NCBI RefSeq assembly: GCF_009914755.1
Contig: NC_060928.1
DNA: 64,000 nucleotides
Strand: one strand, 5' to 3'
Source of the DNA: the human T2T-CHM13v2.0 reference genome, Homo sapiens
This document shows positions 29,194 to 42,619 of this stretch, one piece after another; the first letter of the stretch is position 1, and every line of letters starts with the position of its first letter. Under the pieces are notes generated by a model, which searched no databases, was not told where the DNA came from, and saw only the letters and a list, made by a program, of their open reading frames with translations. The position numbers and the translations under genes are program-made.

Positions 29194-29222
29194 GCGGCGG
29201 CGGCGGCGGAGGCGGAGGCGGC
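29194..29222 (+). repeat. Short (CGG)n/(GGCGGA) repeat
   Basis: cggcggcggcggcggaggcggaggcggc. Confidence 0.85.
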
Positions 29223-29461
29223 CCCGGGCTCGGGCGGCTGGGATGGAGCAGAAGAGCGCGGAGCACCGGAGGGCACGCAGCTGACGGAGCTGCGCTGCGT
29301 TCGCCTCGTTTGCCTCGCGCCCTCCACTGGAGCTGTTCGCGCCTCCCGGCTCCCACCGCAGCCCACCCGGCAGAGGAGTCGCTACCAGCGCCCAGTGCGC
29401 TCTGTCAGTCCGCAAACTCCTTGCCGCCCGCCCCGGGCTGGGCACCAAATACCAGGCTACC

Positions 29462-29504
29462 ATGGTCTACAAGACTCTCTTCGCTCTTTGCATCTTAACT
29501 GCAG
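29462..29504 (+). CDS. PARM1: PARM1 first coding exon (signal peptide [15 protein letters not shown], phase-1 intron follows)
   Basis: Strong Kozak gctaccATGG; hydrophobic 14 codons matching the recalled PARM1 N-terminus [21 protein letters not shown]; donor CAG|GTAATT at 29504/29505; lies in a CpG island. Confidence 0.95.
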
Positions 29505-31988
29505 GTAATTGGCGCCATCCTCCCGGAAGGGCAGGTCGCGGGGTGGGCCCCAGTAGCTAGCGCGTGGTCGGGGCTGAAGCTAGGAGATCCGGCAGTGAGT
29601 CGCCGCGCGCCTCCGGGTGAGTGCGCAGGTGTGTGCGCACTTAGATTTGGGGTGACGTGCACCTTTGGCGGTCCCGAACCGTACTGAGGGAGGGGACGAT
29701 GGGGTCCTTCCTGCCGCAGCCCGCGCCCGCACAAACTCCAGCTTTGTAGAACAGGTGGCTGTCTTAGCTGCGTGTTCGAACCCAGAGTGGGCAACACGGA
29801 CTGCGCCTCAAGGCTTCTCTTTCTTCACCAGGGTTTCGGAGCGCACTCTGCCAAAGTACGGGACCAGACTTCTTGTTGCCGTTGGGCCCTGGAAGGGATG
29901 AAAAAGCCGGGGAAGTGGGGGTGGGAGGTTCGCATCTGGGAAGGCTTCAGCAGCGGCTGCGCGCCTGGCGGGGCTGGTTTGCTTTCTCGAGTCTTGGCGG
30001 TCTCTGATCTCCGGCGTCCCTTCCTAGTTATGCTTAGGATGATGTGGCACTAACAGCAGCGGCCCGGCCTTGGTCAGGCTCGCAATCGTCACTGGGGGTA
30101 GCAAGGCTACCTTCTGCCCCAGAACTCCCCAAAAACGTATCCCATAGAAGAAACTATTAACTTGGCTAAACTAGCATCCTCTCCCCTCCCCCTGCACCAC
30201 CTCTGAAAGGCTTCGTAGGAGCCACTCTCGGGTTTCGGGACCACAGACGGCGACGACCTCTGGCAGCGGGGATGGGGAAGAGGGGAGCCAGATGACTGAG
30301 CTCGGCTTGGCGGGGACCGGGGAGAGATTCAGAAAGACGCTTTGAATCTAGAGTTCAGGTACCTATTTTTTCCAGAAAACGTCTCCCGAAAAGGGACAAC
30401 TGGCTGTGGATATGGTGCTGCTGGGAAAAGTAGCCCGACTGCGCGGCCACTGGCATTTTCAGTTTAAATGTGACCCAAAGTCACATAGCGCAAACCGATT
30501 CTACTCGTGCTTTAGTCTGTATATCCTCCCTCTGAGTTCGTCGGGTTCCTACAGTTGTGGACACGAGTCGTCGCAATCCCTTGAAAAGAAGCTAGCGGTT
30601 TTCAGGCAGCTCACAGTGGGTAATGCAGTTATAAGGAAAAGTTTCCCAACTTGAAACTATAGCGTATTTTCTCTACTTAGTGAACGTCCGTCTGAGAAAA
30701 CCTCTTTCTCGCTGGTATCTCGGCACGGTTTGGAGACGCGTCCGCGGACAGTTCCCGAATACTCGCAGGCGGCTTTGGCTGCCCAGCCTCGGGCTGAGAT
30801 GAGAGAGCCTAGGTCCGGCAGGTGCAATAGGCAGCGGAGCTCCCGGCTGGCTGCGGGTGGTAATTCCTGTAATCCTCAAAGCAGGAGATGCTTACGTAAT
30901 GACACGGAAGGTACCTTTACTTCTCCTCACTCAAAAATCTTTTCTTGAGGTTCAGAAACCCTTGAGTGAGTCAGTAGAGAGGTTCGTTTGCAAATTTGAT
31001 TTAGTGGCTTGTCTTGTTTATTTAATCATTTCCTTTTTTAAACAGCTCTGGCAGTTGTCAAAACCGGGATTAACCCTAACAAACAGTGTATTGTAGCTTC
31101 CCCACCCCCACCCCAAGAAGCTCTTTTTTCTTTTTTTTTTTTTTTCTTTTTTCTTTTATTCAGCGTTACAGTTTAGCTCCGCTATTCCGGGAGGAATATC
31201 ACCCTTGACCCACCGCTAGAGCGAGGAGACTGGTGGGCCAGGGACCGGCTGAGCACCACTCCTACCCCCACGCACTAATTAGGATCAGAGCCCAGATGGT
31301 CACAGCCTTCCAGCTGTGAGGCTCGAGACTCAGGAAGACATACTGCCTCATTTCCCTAGTTATGCTTCGATATGCATATCCCAAGCTGAAAATGATGAAG
31401 CTAATGGACACTGCATTCCCCCTGAAGTTTGTGCCTTTGAAGGAATCTCTTTAAGACGTCAGTTTGTTGTTAGAGCTACTTTGCAATAAATCGTCCGAAA
31501 AAATAATATAAAAATTGGCATAAATACCTCATGAGATTCTTTGCACCTTAATTTTAAGGTGTTTTCAGAATGTAAAATATCATTTTTAAAGAAAAAAATA
31601 GACGTGTTGGTAAAGAAGAAAGGGATGAGGGCTCTTGAAGTGAAAGTGCACACACATGTGTTTTGGGGGCTTATCCCAGAACTCCCCTAGCAAATCTCTA
31701 GTTAGTTTCACCAGGCCTTGTGTCTTTTCTGTTTCCTTCTCATTTTCCTCCTCTAGCCATAGGCTTCAACAATATTTCTGTAAAATTCTTAAGGTGATAC
31801 TTTCTTGAGCCAGGAACAGCATTAGGCAGGGGCCTGTTTTTTGGCTCAACAAATCCTCTCAAAGTATACATAGTATTTCCTCCAGCACATACAATGGACA
31901 CTTGCAAATATGTGTGCGTTGTCAACAAGCCAACAAGGGTAGATCTCTACATGTATTCACTCGGGTATATATAAATATATTTATATAT

Positions 31989-32269
31989 TTTTAGACAAAG
32001 GGTCTAGCTCTGTCACCTAGACTGGAGTGCAATGGCGCGATTCCAGTTCCACTGCAACCTCGGCCTCCCCATCCTCTCATCTCAACCTCCTGAGTAGCTG
32101 GGACTACAGGTTCACACCACCATAGGCAGCTAAATTTTTTTATTTTTTGTAGATATGGGGGGTATTCCTATGCTGCCCAGGTTGGTCTTGAACTCCTGAA
32201 CGTAAGTGATCCTCCCACCTTGGTCATCCAAAGTACTGGGATGACAGATGTGAGCCACTGTGCCCAGCC
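31989..32269 (-). mobile_element. AluJ
   Basis: Diverged dimer agacaaagggtctagctctgtcacc...gagccactgtgcccagcc. Confidence 0.9.
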
Positions 32270-32423
32270 TCACTTCTATTTCTAAAAGGAGAGAGAAATC
32301 TTAGATGGTCTTCAGTTCTCTCAAGGTTGATTATGGTAGAAAACTAGATGTCTATTCTATAAACCATTTTCAAACACTTCTTATGCCAGGATAAGGCATA
32401 TTGGAGTACTGATTCCAGATTAA

Positions 32424-32891
<468 letters not shown>

Positions 32892-33584
32892 ACGTTCAAG
32901 TTTTTTATGGCCCTATTTATTTAAAAACTCCCTCAGTGAAGTATGAGATATGTTAGAACTTTCAAAGGCATTTTCTGAATACTCAAGAAGGACAAAAAGG
33001 AAGGACACTAGGTAAGAGAGGCACAAACCTCATGGTCCTATTTCTACCGCCCTGGGTCTGCTCTGTTTGCCCCTGTCTCCTCTCAGGACCTTCCACCCAT
33101 TACCCAGGCACCCTGCGCAGACGTATTGGTCCCTTGGTGATTAAGATGTAGATCACCAGAGAGCTAGATTCCCAGTCTGCCACTCAGCTAGGGATCCTAT
33201 TTGTGTTCTGGATCTGGTAGATACCTCTTCTCCAGGTAACTAACATCTAAAATGTCCTTATCCTTGAAGGAAGACTTACTTCACCCTGCACATTTATGAC
33301 TCTGTACTTGATATATGTCAGCTTAGTAGCCTTATCACACATATATTAAAATACACAAAATTGTGCACACACGTAAAGGAACAGGAAGGCTGATCATGAT
33401 TTGTTGGGGGTGGTTGTGAAGAGTCACTTGCATTCCTTAGCCTGAGAAACTCCTATTCCCCTGAAATCTGTGGTCACAGTCAAAGATGTGACATTTCCTT
33501 CACATGAAAACTGACCTGAGAAGGTGGATGAACACTCTCTGTTGTTATCTGATGCATTTACAGAGGCAGTGTTTCAAGATGTTA

Positions 33585-33815
33585 AGTGCGTAGATTCTGC
33601 AGCTAGATTGCCTAGGTAAAAATCTAAGTTTTACTACTTACTAATTATGTGATTGAGGACAAGTACATTAACCACTCTGCATTTTTTTATCTACAAAATT
33701 TGGAGAATAAAAAATTGGAGTTATTGAAAGTGTTCAATACCTGAATATACCTATAGGTATACAGTGCTGGAGACATAGCAAATGCTCAATAAGTGTTAGC
33801 TGTTGTTGTTGCTAT
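33585..33815 (+). mobile_element. MIR
   Basis: ctacttactaattatgtgattgaggacaagtacattaacc...acatagcaaatgctcaataagtgttagc. Confidence 0.7.
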
Positions 33816-35084
33816 TATTTTTATTAATGAAGTGTACTATATGCTGCACTAATTAGGTCATCCTCTCCAAAAGCAGAGTTTATGTGTTTGTACTTGAACT
33901 ATGTAAATCAAAGATCTCAACTAATATTCCAGTGCAGTGCCAGCTGTTCCAGCAAACCAATGTGCAAATGAAGAAAATATTCTGAGCCTACTAAATGCCT
34001 AATTTGAAAAGGTTAATAATGTGCCAACTCAGATTTAGCGCAAGAGTCCAAAAAATGCTCAGTAACAAATAGATGTAAAGTCTCACCAAGGACTTTATTT
34101 CTTCCATAGAAACTTTTGCAAACTGGTGTGTTTCAAAAACTCAACTCAGCTAAACCTTAAAGGTCAGGTCCCCAGAGCTACAAACTTGAGATAATTCAGA
34201 TTAATAACTTAGGAAAAAACAGGTCATTTTGTCTGAATGCTCCAAAACAATAGCAATAATCAATAATTGCCGTATCTCTAATTTAACTTCAGCATTTGAC
34301 CCCAGTCAAATTGTGCTTGTGTTTTCATGAGAAAAATATTGGTCAAATATTATACTGTTTAAGCAGACTTTCTTAAGCAATAATTTACCCTAAGGGGATT
34401 ATAACACCCCACCGGAAGCAATGGACAGCAACATTTTTTAAGTGTTTTCAAAATGAATTTGACTGTCTTAAATCTAAATGAAGGAATCCTGCAATAACAG
34501 TTACAACAGTTTGCTTCCATTTGGAAGTATCTATCACTAAAATTGGGCACATTAGTTTATAAATCAAACTTATTTGTCTTGTTCATAAGATATCAAATGA
34601 AGCAGTTTCTTGGAAAAATTGATGTTTTATGTACAAGACAGTGGTAATTCTGAGAAGAGGTGGGTAGATAGTGAATGTCTGCTTTATCCAATGTTTGCTT
34701 TTTGCCTAGAAATACAGAGCTAATAGGTTGTCATCTAGTTAATCTGCAAGCCGGGCAACTATTCAGTAAGATTGATTTGTGTATATAGTTCATGACATTT
34801 CTTTTTTTAGTTACAGCTTAAATTATTTAAATGATAGGGTTGATGTAACATTGTATTTTCTGATGTGTGAATCTTTAAATGTTCATCATAATCCTTTACA
34901 CCAGCATGGCCAATTTCTTTCACTTGTTTTAACATGGCTTATAGATGTTGGGAACTTTGCCATTGTGTAAGTAATAGAAGTCTTTAAAATGAAATAGACA
35001 ATTATAGAATTTGTCTCATCTGTGCTTTTCATTGGTGCAGGATGGTATAATGTCAATTGAAAATAGTCTTAATTTTCCTTTGGC

Positions 35085-35267
35085 TAGTATTGCCAAATTT
35101 AGCAAATAAAAACAAAGGTTGTCCAGTCAAATTTGAATGTAAAATAAACAGTGAATTCTAAGTACATTCTATGCAATATTTGGGTCTTACTTAGACCAAA
35201 TCTTTCTTTGTTGTTTATCTTAAATTCAGATTCAACTGGTTGTCTTGTTTTTTAACTGCCAACCATA
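35085..35267. mobile_element. MER53 palindromic hAT MITE
   Basis: ttgccaaatttagcaaataaaaac...tccagtcaaatttgaat...atgcaatatttggg...aaattcagattcaactgg; imperfect internal inverted repeat. Confidence 0.8.
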
Positions 35268-36452
35268 CTTTTGGCCTTTCATCTGCAGTTCATTTATACA
35301 GTGACTTTGATACAGGATTAGCTTTATTTTGAAGCCTGCCTCATGGGGCTTTAGTTACCCTGCACCATTTCATTAGAAATAATCTGTTCATGGGAAAACA
35401 TGGAGATTTAAGAGCAGCTCTCTGGGTTAGCAACTATAGGGATTAGGATTTAGAGGCAGCATTCATGCCAATGAGATATTTTGATTCTGATTATATATCC
35501 ATTAACTGTGTATTCCTGAACATTGATGGGATTTCTATAGCCTCCCTAAATGACTTTAACCCCCTTTGACTCTTCCTTTATATAAAAAAGTATATTTTTA
35601 ATGGTAGCAATGATCTTGCTATAGGGGCTGGGACTCGAAGCCTTCTGTACTCTTTTTTTTTAAAAGAAAGTTATGATTAAAACTGAAAGCTTTGAATTTC
35701 AGTGCTGTCTTGTGCCGGGATCTTGAGAAATCTCACAAATATTAATTATATAAGGTTTGCATAATCCCTGCTGGATAAGTCTATTGGTATTACTTGGAAG
35801 CTGTGGCTATATAGAGCCTTAAGCAACATATTATATAGAATTTTAAGACAGATGTTTAAAAAAATCCTTTGATCAATTGAACTGTGGTGGATATTTGTAC
35901 CTTTTATACCTAAGGCAAAAAATCTGTGAATACCTTATTGTTAAGTGGAAAAAATATTAAGATAAATTACCAGGTGTGATATTTAGAAAACATGTCTATT
36001 CAATACAAAATAAGGTGAGTGGTGGAATACACCTTTGATGATAACATCTTCCACTTACATTCCAAATTCCAACATTTGATTTTCTTTTCAATGAACAAGG
36101 AAATAAGGACCTGGGAACTTTAGTGCAGGTGTTAAACATGAAAGGAATTAGATGAGAGAGGGTTTTGTTTATCTGTGTGTTTTTTTTGTTTTGTTTTGTT
36201 TTGGCCATGGTTTTAAACTTGGAGCTACCATTCAGACTTCCTAGAGGTTAGAACACCTTATATTTCCTAATACGAAGTTAACAAAATACATGTTACCTTT
36301 TATGTTGTGATATTTTTACCAGGGGTAGTACACAAGCGTAACTTCATTACTTACAGAGTTTATTCACCCACTATTGTATCCATAATGGATAGTTATTGGT
36401 CCTCTATCCTTTATGACATGGTTTTAGTTTTGTAGGAAAAGCTTTTGTGATC

Positions 36453-36786
36453 TGTCTTAGTTCATCCAGGCTGCTATAACAAAACACCATAAACAGGGTG
36501 GCTTATAAACAATATTTATTTCTTACAGTTCTAGAGATTGGGAAGTCCAAGATCAGGGCATCTGCAGGTTCTGCGTCTGGAGGGGGCTGTCTTTCTGGTT
36601 CACTAGCTGTGTCTTCCTCATGTGGTGGAAGGGGTAAGGCAGCCCTCTGGGGCCTCTTTTATAAGACACTATCCTCATGATCTAACCACTTCCTAAAGAC
36701 CCCACCTCCTAATACCATCTTTACCTTGGAGATTAGGATTTCAACATATGAATTTTTTTCAGAATGCAAATATTGAAACCATAGCA
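36453..36786 (-). mobile_element. MaLR solo LTR (MLT1A0-like)
   Basis: tgtcttagttcatccaggctgctataacaaaacacc...ccccacctcctaataccatc...aaccatagca. Confidence 0.85.
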
Positions 36787-38269
36787 CAATCCCACAGATA
36801 GACAGGAGATAGATACCTCAACTAACTGGTGTTGACCATTATTTGATTGGTCCATACTGTAGGACCACTCCATACTATAGGACTCTTGCTTTGTACTGTA
36901 ATTGGACTCTTCAGGAAGAACAGTAACAATTATTTTAAAGATTAAAGGGTGTCTGTTTATTTAGTATGTTAGTTACAATGCACTGTCTGTATGTATTTAG
37001 GGCGATGTTTAAGATCCCAGTCATTCTATTGAGTTAATGTAATGTGTCTTATTAGGAGAGGATTTCAGTATATCTCAGTATTACAACATGAGGTGACCTC
37101 ACTGCCACTTGTTCACCAGAGGGTCCTAAAGAAAATCTGGTGGATTGAAGATGTCTTTCTTGGCCTTGAAAAGAGGCAAGTTATTGGTAGATCACACACT
37201 CTACTTATCATGGGAATTCTTGCTATTAATGAACATTGCCGACTGAAAGGCAACATCAAGACATATACTTTTACCACATTCAACTAGTGGGGAACCCTGG
37301 ATGTTTTATCTTAAAAATTACAATGTTGATGGAAATGACATTCAGGAGGAGAGCCCAGATAGTCTCCTTTTTGGAGACCTATTCAGATAGGTCAGAGCAC
37401 AAGAAAAAATATTCATCATTTACATGCTAGGAAATGTTGCTGGGGGCAGGAAGTGTGATATCAAATTACGTGCAGAAATGTGGTAAGAAATGCACAGTAG
37501 GCAGGGGCAGTGGCTGTTTCAGAATTTCTGCAAAAATTACGGAGGAGAAGCTGGGGGCATAAAGTTTCATGAGTCCAAGAAAACATCAAATGGCTGAATC
37601 AGGGGAGCAGGAGGAGGATTAAAATTATTTTGGAGTACTAAGGCTCAAACCAACGCTAGATGCTACTGCTAGATATGAAAAATTCATTTGATTTCATTTT
37701 TAGAGCAATAAGGGATACCTCTTCAAATTTATATGAATATAGTATTTGTTTTAGTGTGCCTCCTTAGTTCTGTGGAAAGTTACAAAGTGAGCCTTTCAGA
37801 TGAAATGATGTGTTAGACTTTATGGTGGGTAATTAAGGTAACCTCGGCATCATGAAAGGGGGTGAAGAATAAGAAAATGCCCTGTGATGTAAAGATGAAA
37901 GCAGCTACATGGTTTGGCTCAGTTAAGGAGGGCAAAGTGGTCTGGGGTTGCTTACTTCCAGGCAGCCTTCCTAGAACTGCTCTTCAAAAACAATCTGATT
38001 ATGAGAAGACTCTCCTTTAGAGGTTCATACGAAGAGAACCATAGCCCTGATATTTGTCAGATGATGAAGGGATTTGTGTTATTTTACATGAGAAGCAATA
38101 TGGTGTGCTAACAGAGGCTTCAGAGTAAGATAGACCAGCAAGGAATGCCAACTCTGTGCTCTCAGTTTCCTTCCTTGTAGGGTTATGACAATATACCTAG
38201 AGTGCCAAGGGACTAAACGTTCAACCAGTCTCTATCAAGTATGTATACCAACAGGCAAAGGATTTATTT

Positions 38270-39500
38270 TATTTTACTTCATTTGCTTTCTCTGTCTCCC
38301 ACTACGAGATTGTAAGGTGCGTGAGAAAAGAAATGTTGGTGGTATTTTTTTCCACTGTTGTATCCCCAGCACGTAGAACAGAGCAAGAAACATAGTGTGT
38401 GCTTTATAAATTTTCATTCAGTTAATTTTTAATTGAGAATCTACATGTGCTAAACACTGTCCAAGGCTCTGGATATACATTAATGAGCAATGACAAAACT
38501 CTACCCTCAGGGAATTTACATTCTTTGAGGATGATAAATTTTGACTTAGTCAAAGGGAAGTCAGTAGTTGAATATCTAATAGTTATCTCGAACTCAACAT
38601 ATCCAAAACTGAGCTCCTAGACTTTCTTCCCCTAGGGGGCTTATCTAAAGCCTTCTCCATATCAATGAATGGAAATGCCACCTTTCTAGTTGCTCAGACT
38701 GCAAATCATGAGTCATTCTTGAGTCCTGTTTTTCTCTTAACACTCCTCATCCCAACCTTCAAGAAAGTCTGTCTGCTCTAGTTTTAAAATATGTACAGAA
38801 TCCAACCACGTTTTGCCACCTCAGTTTCTCCCACTCTGGTTCAAGCCACTACTGTCTTTCTCTAAGAGCACTGCTGTGGCCTCCTCTCAGATCTACTTGC
38901 TTTCACCCCTCCCCTCTTAGGTCTGTTTTCTACATAGCATAGCAACAGCGAATTCATTGGAACTATATCAGTCACTGCTCTGTTCAGAGCCCTGTAATGG
39001 CTCCTCTTTGTTCTTAGAGTAAAAGCCAAAATCTTAGAGTGACCATCAAGACCTCCGTGAGCTGGGGCCTCGTTGGTTCTTGAATCTGATCTTCTACACT
39101 CTTCTTTGCTCACTCTGCACCAGCCACAGGACTACCAGAAGCACATAGTAGCTAAGTCCTCTGTCTGGAGTATGCTTTCTCCAGATACCCATATGACTAA
39201 TTCCCTCACTTCCTTAAAACTTTTGTCAAATGTCACCTTCTCAATGAGACTTACCCTGACCGACCTCTTAAAATTGTAGTCTGTTCCACTTGCCAACACC
39301 ATATTCCCAGTGCCTCTTATCTGACTCTTGCCTCTACTTTTTCTTTAAAGCATATCTTCCTCCATCCCTCCTTACCCCTCACTAAAACATAGCTCTAGGA
39401 GGACAGAGATTTTGTTCCTCTTGTTTGCTGTGGTATCCCACTGTGTTAGAATTCTTTGTGGGCACATGAGGGTACTAAAAATCTATTTGTTAAATTGGAT
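38270..39500. mobile_element. L2a-like LINE fragments
   Basis: aactcaacatatccaaaactgagctc; agagtaaaagccaaaatcctt-like; aaatgtcaccttctcaatgag; 3' terminal motifs at ~38400 and ~39490. Confidence 0.75.
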
Positions 39501-41094
39501 GATTAAAATACATTTCTGAGGGCTGGCAAAATGAATACTTAATTCAGATTTTGCCTTAAATGACCCAAAAGTGAGACATTGGCAAACTTGCTTACTATCA
39601 GGTGCTTATGTCTAGTGCTTCCAAAAAGCTGTAAAAAAAAAAAAATGAGTCAGGCCTTTAGTCTTCATTGAGGATTACACAAGCTAAACTTGGAAAATCA
39701 GCTATTTTTGAGCTATACACATACAAAATTTTTCTTCTTAAAATGTAAGCTTTATTTGGTGCCATAGACATCATTTAAAAATAGCTAAAACTTTATAAAC
39801 TCCCTGGACAATTAAGAAAATGTCACCTTTGAGCTCAGCTAGGGAAGATAAAGATACCTTCACCATTCGAGCATTTTTGAGAATTCCAAATAACTAAAAA
39901 TAACCTGGTGATGAAAAGTGATTTGAGTCTAAGGGAAGCACTATTGAAAGTTACCCAGTTAAGTCTGAGAAATTTAAGTAAATTAAGATGATGAATGGTA
40001 AAGTTATAAGTTAGTCACTAATAAGCTCAAGAACAGAATGGGCATTTCCTTGACCTTAGAGACCCTGTGCTACCTTCTTCGGTTGTTCTGAAATATGAAT
40101 TGTGTTTTATACTAAGCAATGGATAGAAGGGATGCAGAAGTCTTGCCTCAAATAAAACCTGCACCTTAGCTGAGGTGGGGGAAGGAAGCACTTGTCATCT
40201 ACCCAGCAGGGCTGACACCTCTTGATGTGGCTGGTGTTAAAATCCCCAAGGTTGGCATATCCCCCAGCTACATCATGAAACAAATACTCATGGTGCACAC
40301 TGGCTTATTCAAAATAATAATGTTTAATTATTTTTAGGCTGGGAAAAATAATATGAGCTTAAAAAATAACATGCTTGCCTTGCAGCCTTAGCAATCGTGG
40401 TAAAATGTAAGATTATATCAACTTGAAGAGCAACCTATAAACAAACCAAAGAAGAGGATGACACTTTGTGTTTATTTAAAATATTTGCCTTGCTTGTTCC
40501 ATGATGTCCATTTGTCCATTCTTGAGAAGGGCAGGCTCTCAGCCATCTTGACGTCAGCAGCCTTGACTGTAAACAGAGGTGTGGCCCCAGAGAGTAGCTC
40601 TGACCTGTGCTGGAGGCCCAGCAGAGAGCTGCGTCTGGTCTTGTGCTTGTGGTGCTGGAGGACAGGTGACCATGGCCCCACCTCTTCTCCCATGGGAGTC
40701 ACCATGTTCTCCGAGTGAAATGAAAAGCAGGGCCTGATCTCTCACCGGAAGGAAAAGAATTGCACATCAGCAAGAGTAGGCAGGCTTTCAATGCCTCCCA
40801 TCTCAAAGACAAGCGTGGCTGCTCAGCAAGTGAAAACGGTTCCATCACTGAGAATAGAGTTTCAGATTGGAGGGGTAACAGAAAAGAAGAAAGTGTGGTT
40901 TTTGAGATTCAGAAATTTACAGCCAAGATTTTGGTTAAAAAAAAATTAATGTCATAAGAAACAGCTGTCTCTTGTTTCAATGACGGTTTTTTAAAGCCAC
41001 ATTACACAGAAATAGATAAGAATGTATCTGTCACCTACCCATACCTGATTCAAAGTCCTGTTTGTTTGCTTGTTTGGCTTAAGGACTGTTTTTA

Positions 41095-41460
41095 ATAAAA
41101 ATAAGTTAGAAACAATGTAAATGTCTAACAATAATGAGCTGGTCAGATAAACCAACATAAATTCAACATTCATACTGGGCAATATTAGGCAACTGCTTAA
41201 AATAATGAAATGGTCCATGATGTACTGACATACAAAAATGAATATATTGACATAATATATTGTAACTTTATATTTCACAGTATGTTGGAAAGGCAAGCTA
41301 CAAAATTAAATGTATGTTGTGTGCGCCTGTGGAGAAAGGGTTTAGAAGGATACAATGGTATCTGATGAGTGAACGTTGGGTCACTTTTACTTTCTCTCCC
41401 TCTCTCTTTCATTGCCTGAACTTTTAATAAACAGCTTGTATTCCCTTTACAATTTTAAAA
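41095..41460 (+). mobile_element. Old L1 (L1ME-like) 3' fragment
   Basis: ttagaaacaatgtaaatgtctaacaataatgag...; degenerate. Confidence 0.5.
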
Positions 41461-42619
41461 GTTGAGATATTATGAATATTGTTAATCACTTTTTAGCAAC
41501 AGATAATGTGGCTATAGTGACTGCTAGATGGCTATTTTGATCTTAAAAATCTTGATTCGAAATTCATTCTGCTACAGCCCTCGAAAATAAGATTTTAGAG
41601 AAGCAAATAACCTCAACAATGTTTACCGGGCATCACTGATGTAATGGTTAGAGAAGGTTCTGGGAAGGAATTGACTTAAACAAATATTCCATTTTCTAAA
41701 ACCAGATGCTGCATAAATCATTGATCAGGATAACCACCTTGCATAGTATTTTAAGGCACTCTGTCCTAACTGATCAGTATTTAATATACTTTGTTAGTTT
41801 TTTAGATCTCCTCTCTTTGTCACATATGGGAGCAATTTCTTAAAACATTATTCTAAGCTCTTCTAAAATGAAAGTGGCCAACACAGATATCAAAAAAGAA
41901 AAACAGCCCTCAGAAGAATATACAATTTATTTTTCTTTTGGCAACATTAAATTTCTTATATAATCTTTTCAACAAAATAATCAATAAAATGTGGTGTAGG
42001 TAAATGCTGGAGGATATGTTATTAATACTCTATGACATTATCAGAAAGCAGCACAGGTGTGACTGGGGAGAGGGCTGGAGCAGAACTGACTGAAAGTTTT
42101 AGGGGTGATCTAGGCCAACCTCTCACATTATAGATAAAACTAGATACTTGGGAGTGTCGCATTTTTAAATTTTTAGTTTTACTAGGTATCACACATTGTG
42201 CTACATTCATTTCATCTGCCACTTCATCTAATCCTCTCACACTCTAGAAAGTACGCAGTACTATTCCCATTTTGCCGTTCAGGTCACTGAGGTTCAGAAG
42301 TCAAGTAATGAGCCACAAATCACACAGTAGATAAGTAACAGAACTGGACTAGACGTTGAACCCAGGTTTCTAATTTTTTACCCACCTCTGCCCCCATTCC
42401 CTTGAACTACCAAATCAGTTGCTAAATTCTCTTGCATAAATGTAGTCTCTAGAATTTTTCCCAACTTTGATTCTCTTCCCCATCCCCACAGCCTTGGTTG
42501 AGAGCCTTATCATCTCTTATCAGTAACTCCTAAATGGTCACCCGTTTTCTTCCCACAGTCTCTTGCCAGTCTTGGGACTTATTTAGGCCATGCCAAATTG
42601 CCTGCTCTCTTCCAAAGGA

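Larger units (their letters stand above)
29080..30900 (+). promoter_or_regulatory. PARM1: CpG island / TATA-less promoter and 5'UTR of PARM1
   Basis: Abrupt rise in GC and CpG density against CpG-depleted flanks; GC boxes, a GGC run, ETS motif ccggaag at 29523; surrounds the first coding exon. Confidence 0.92.

Noticed and set aside
28806-30053. Long Pro/Ala/Arg-rich ORFs on both strands
   Set aside because: Expected stop-poor frames of a CpG island; non-ATG starts and no recognisable domain.
27500-31500. Androgen response element near an androgen-regulated gene
   Set aside because: No convincing AGAACAnnnTGTTCT-like site was seen by eye; a PWM scan and AR ChIP would be needed.
31967-31988. 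22-bp perfect AT palindrome
   Set aside because: Low-complexity decay of an Alu tail.
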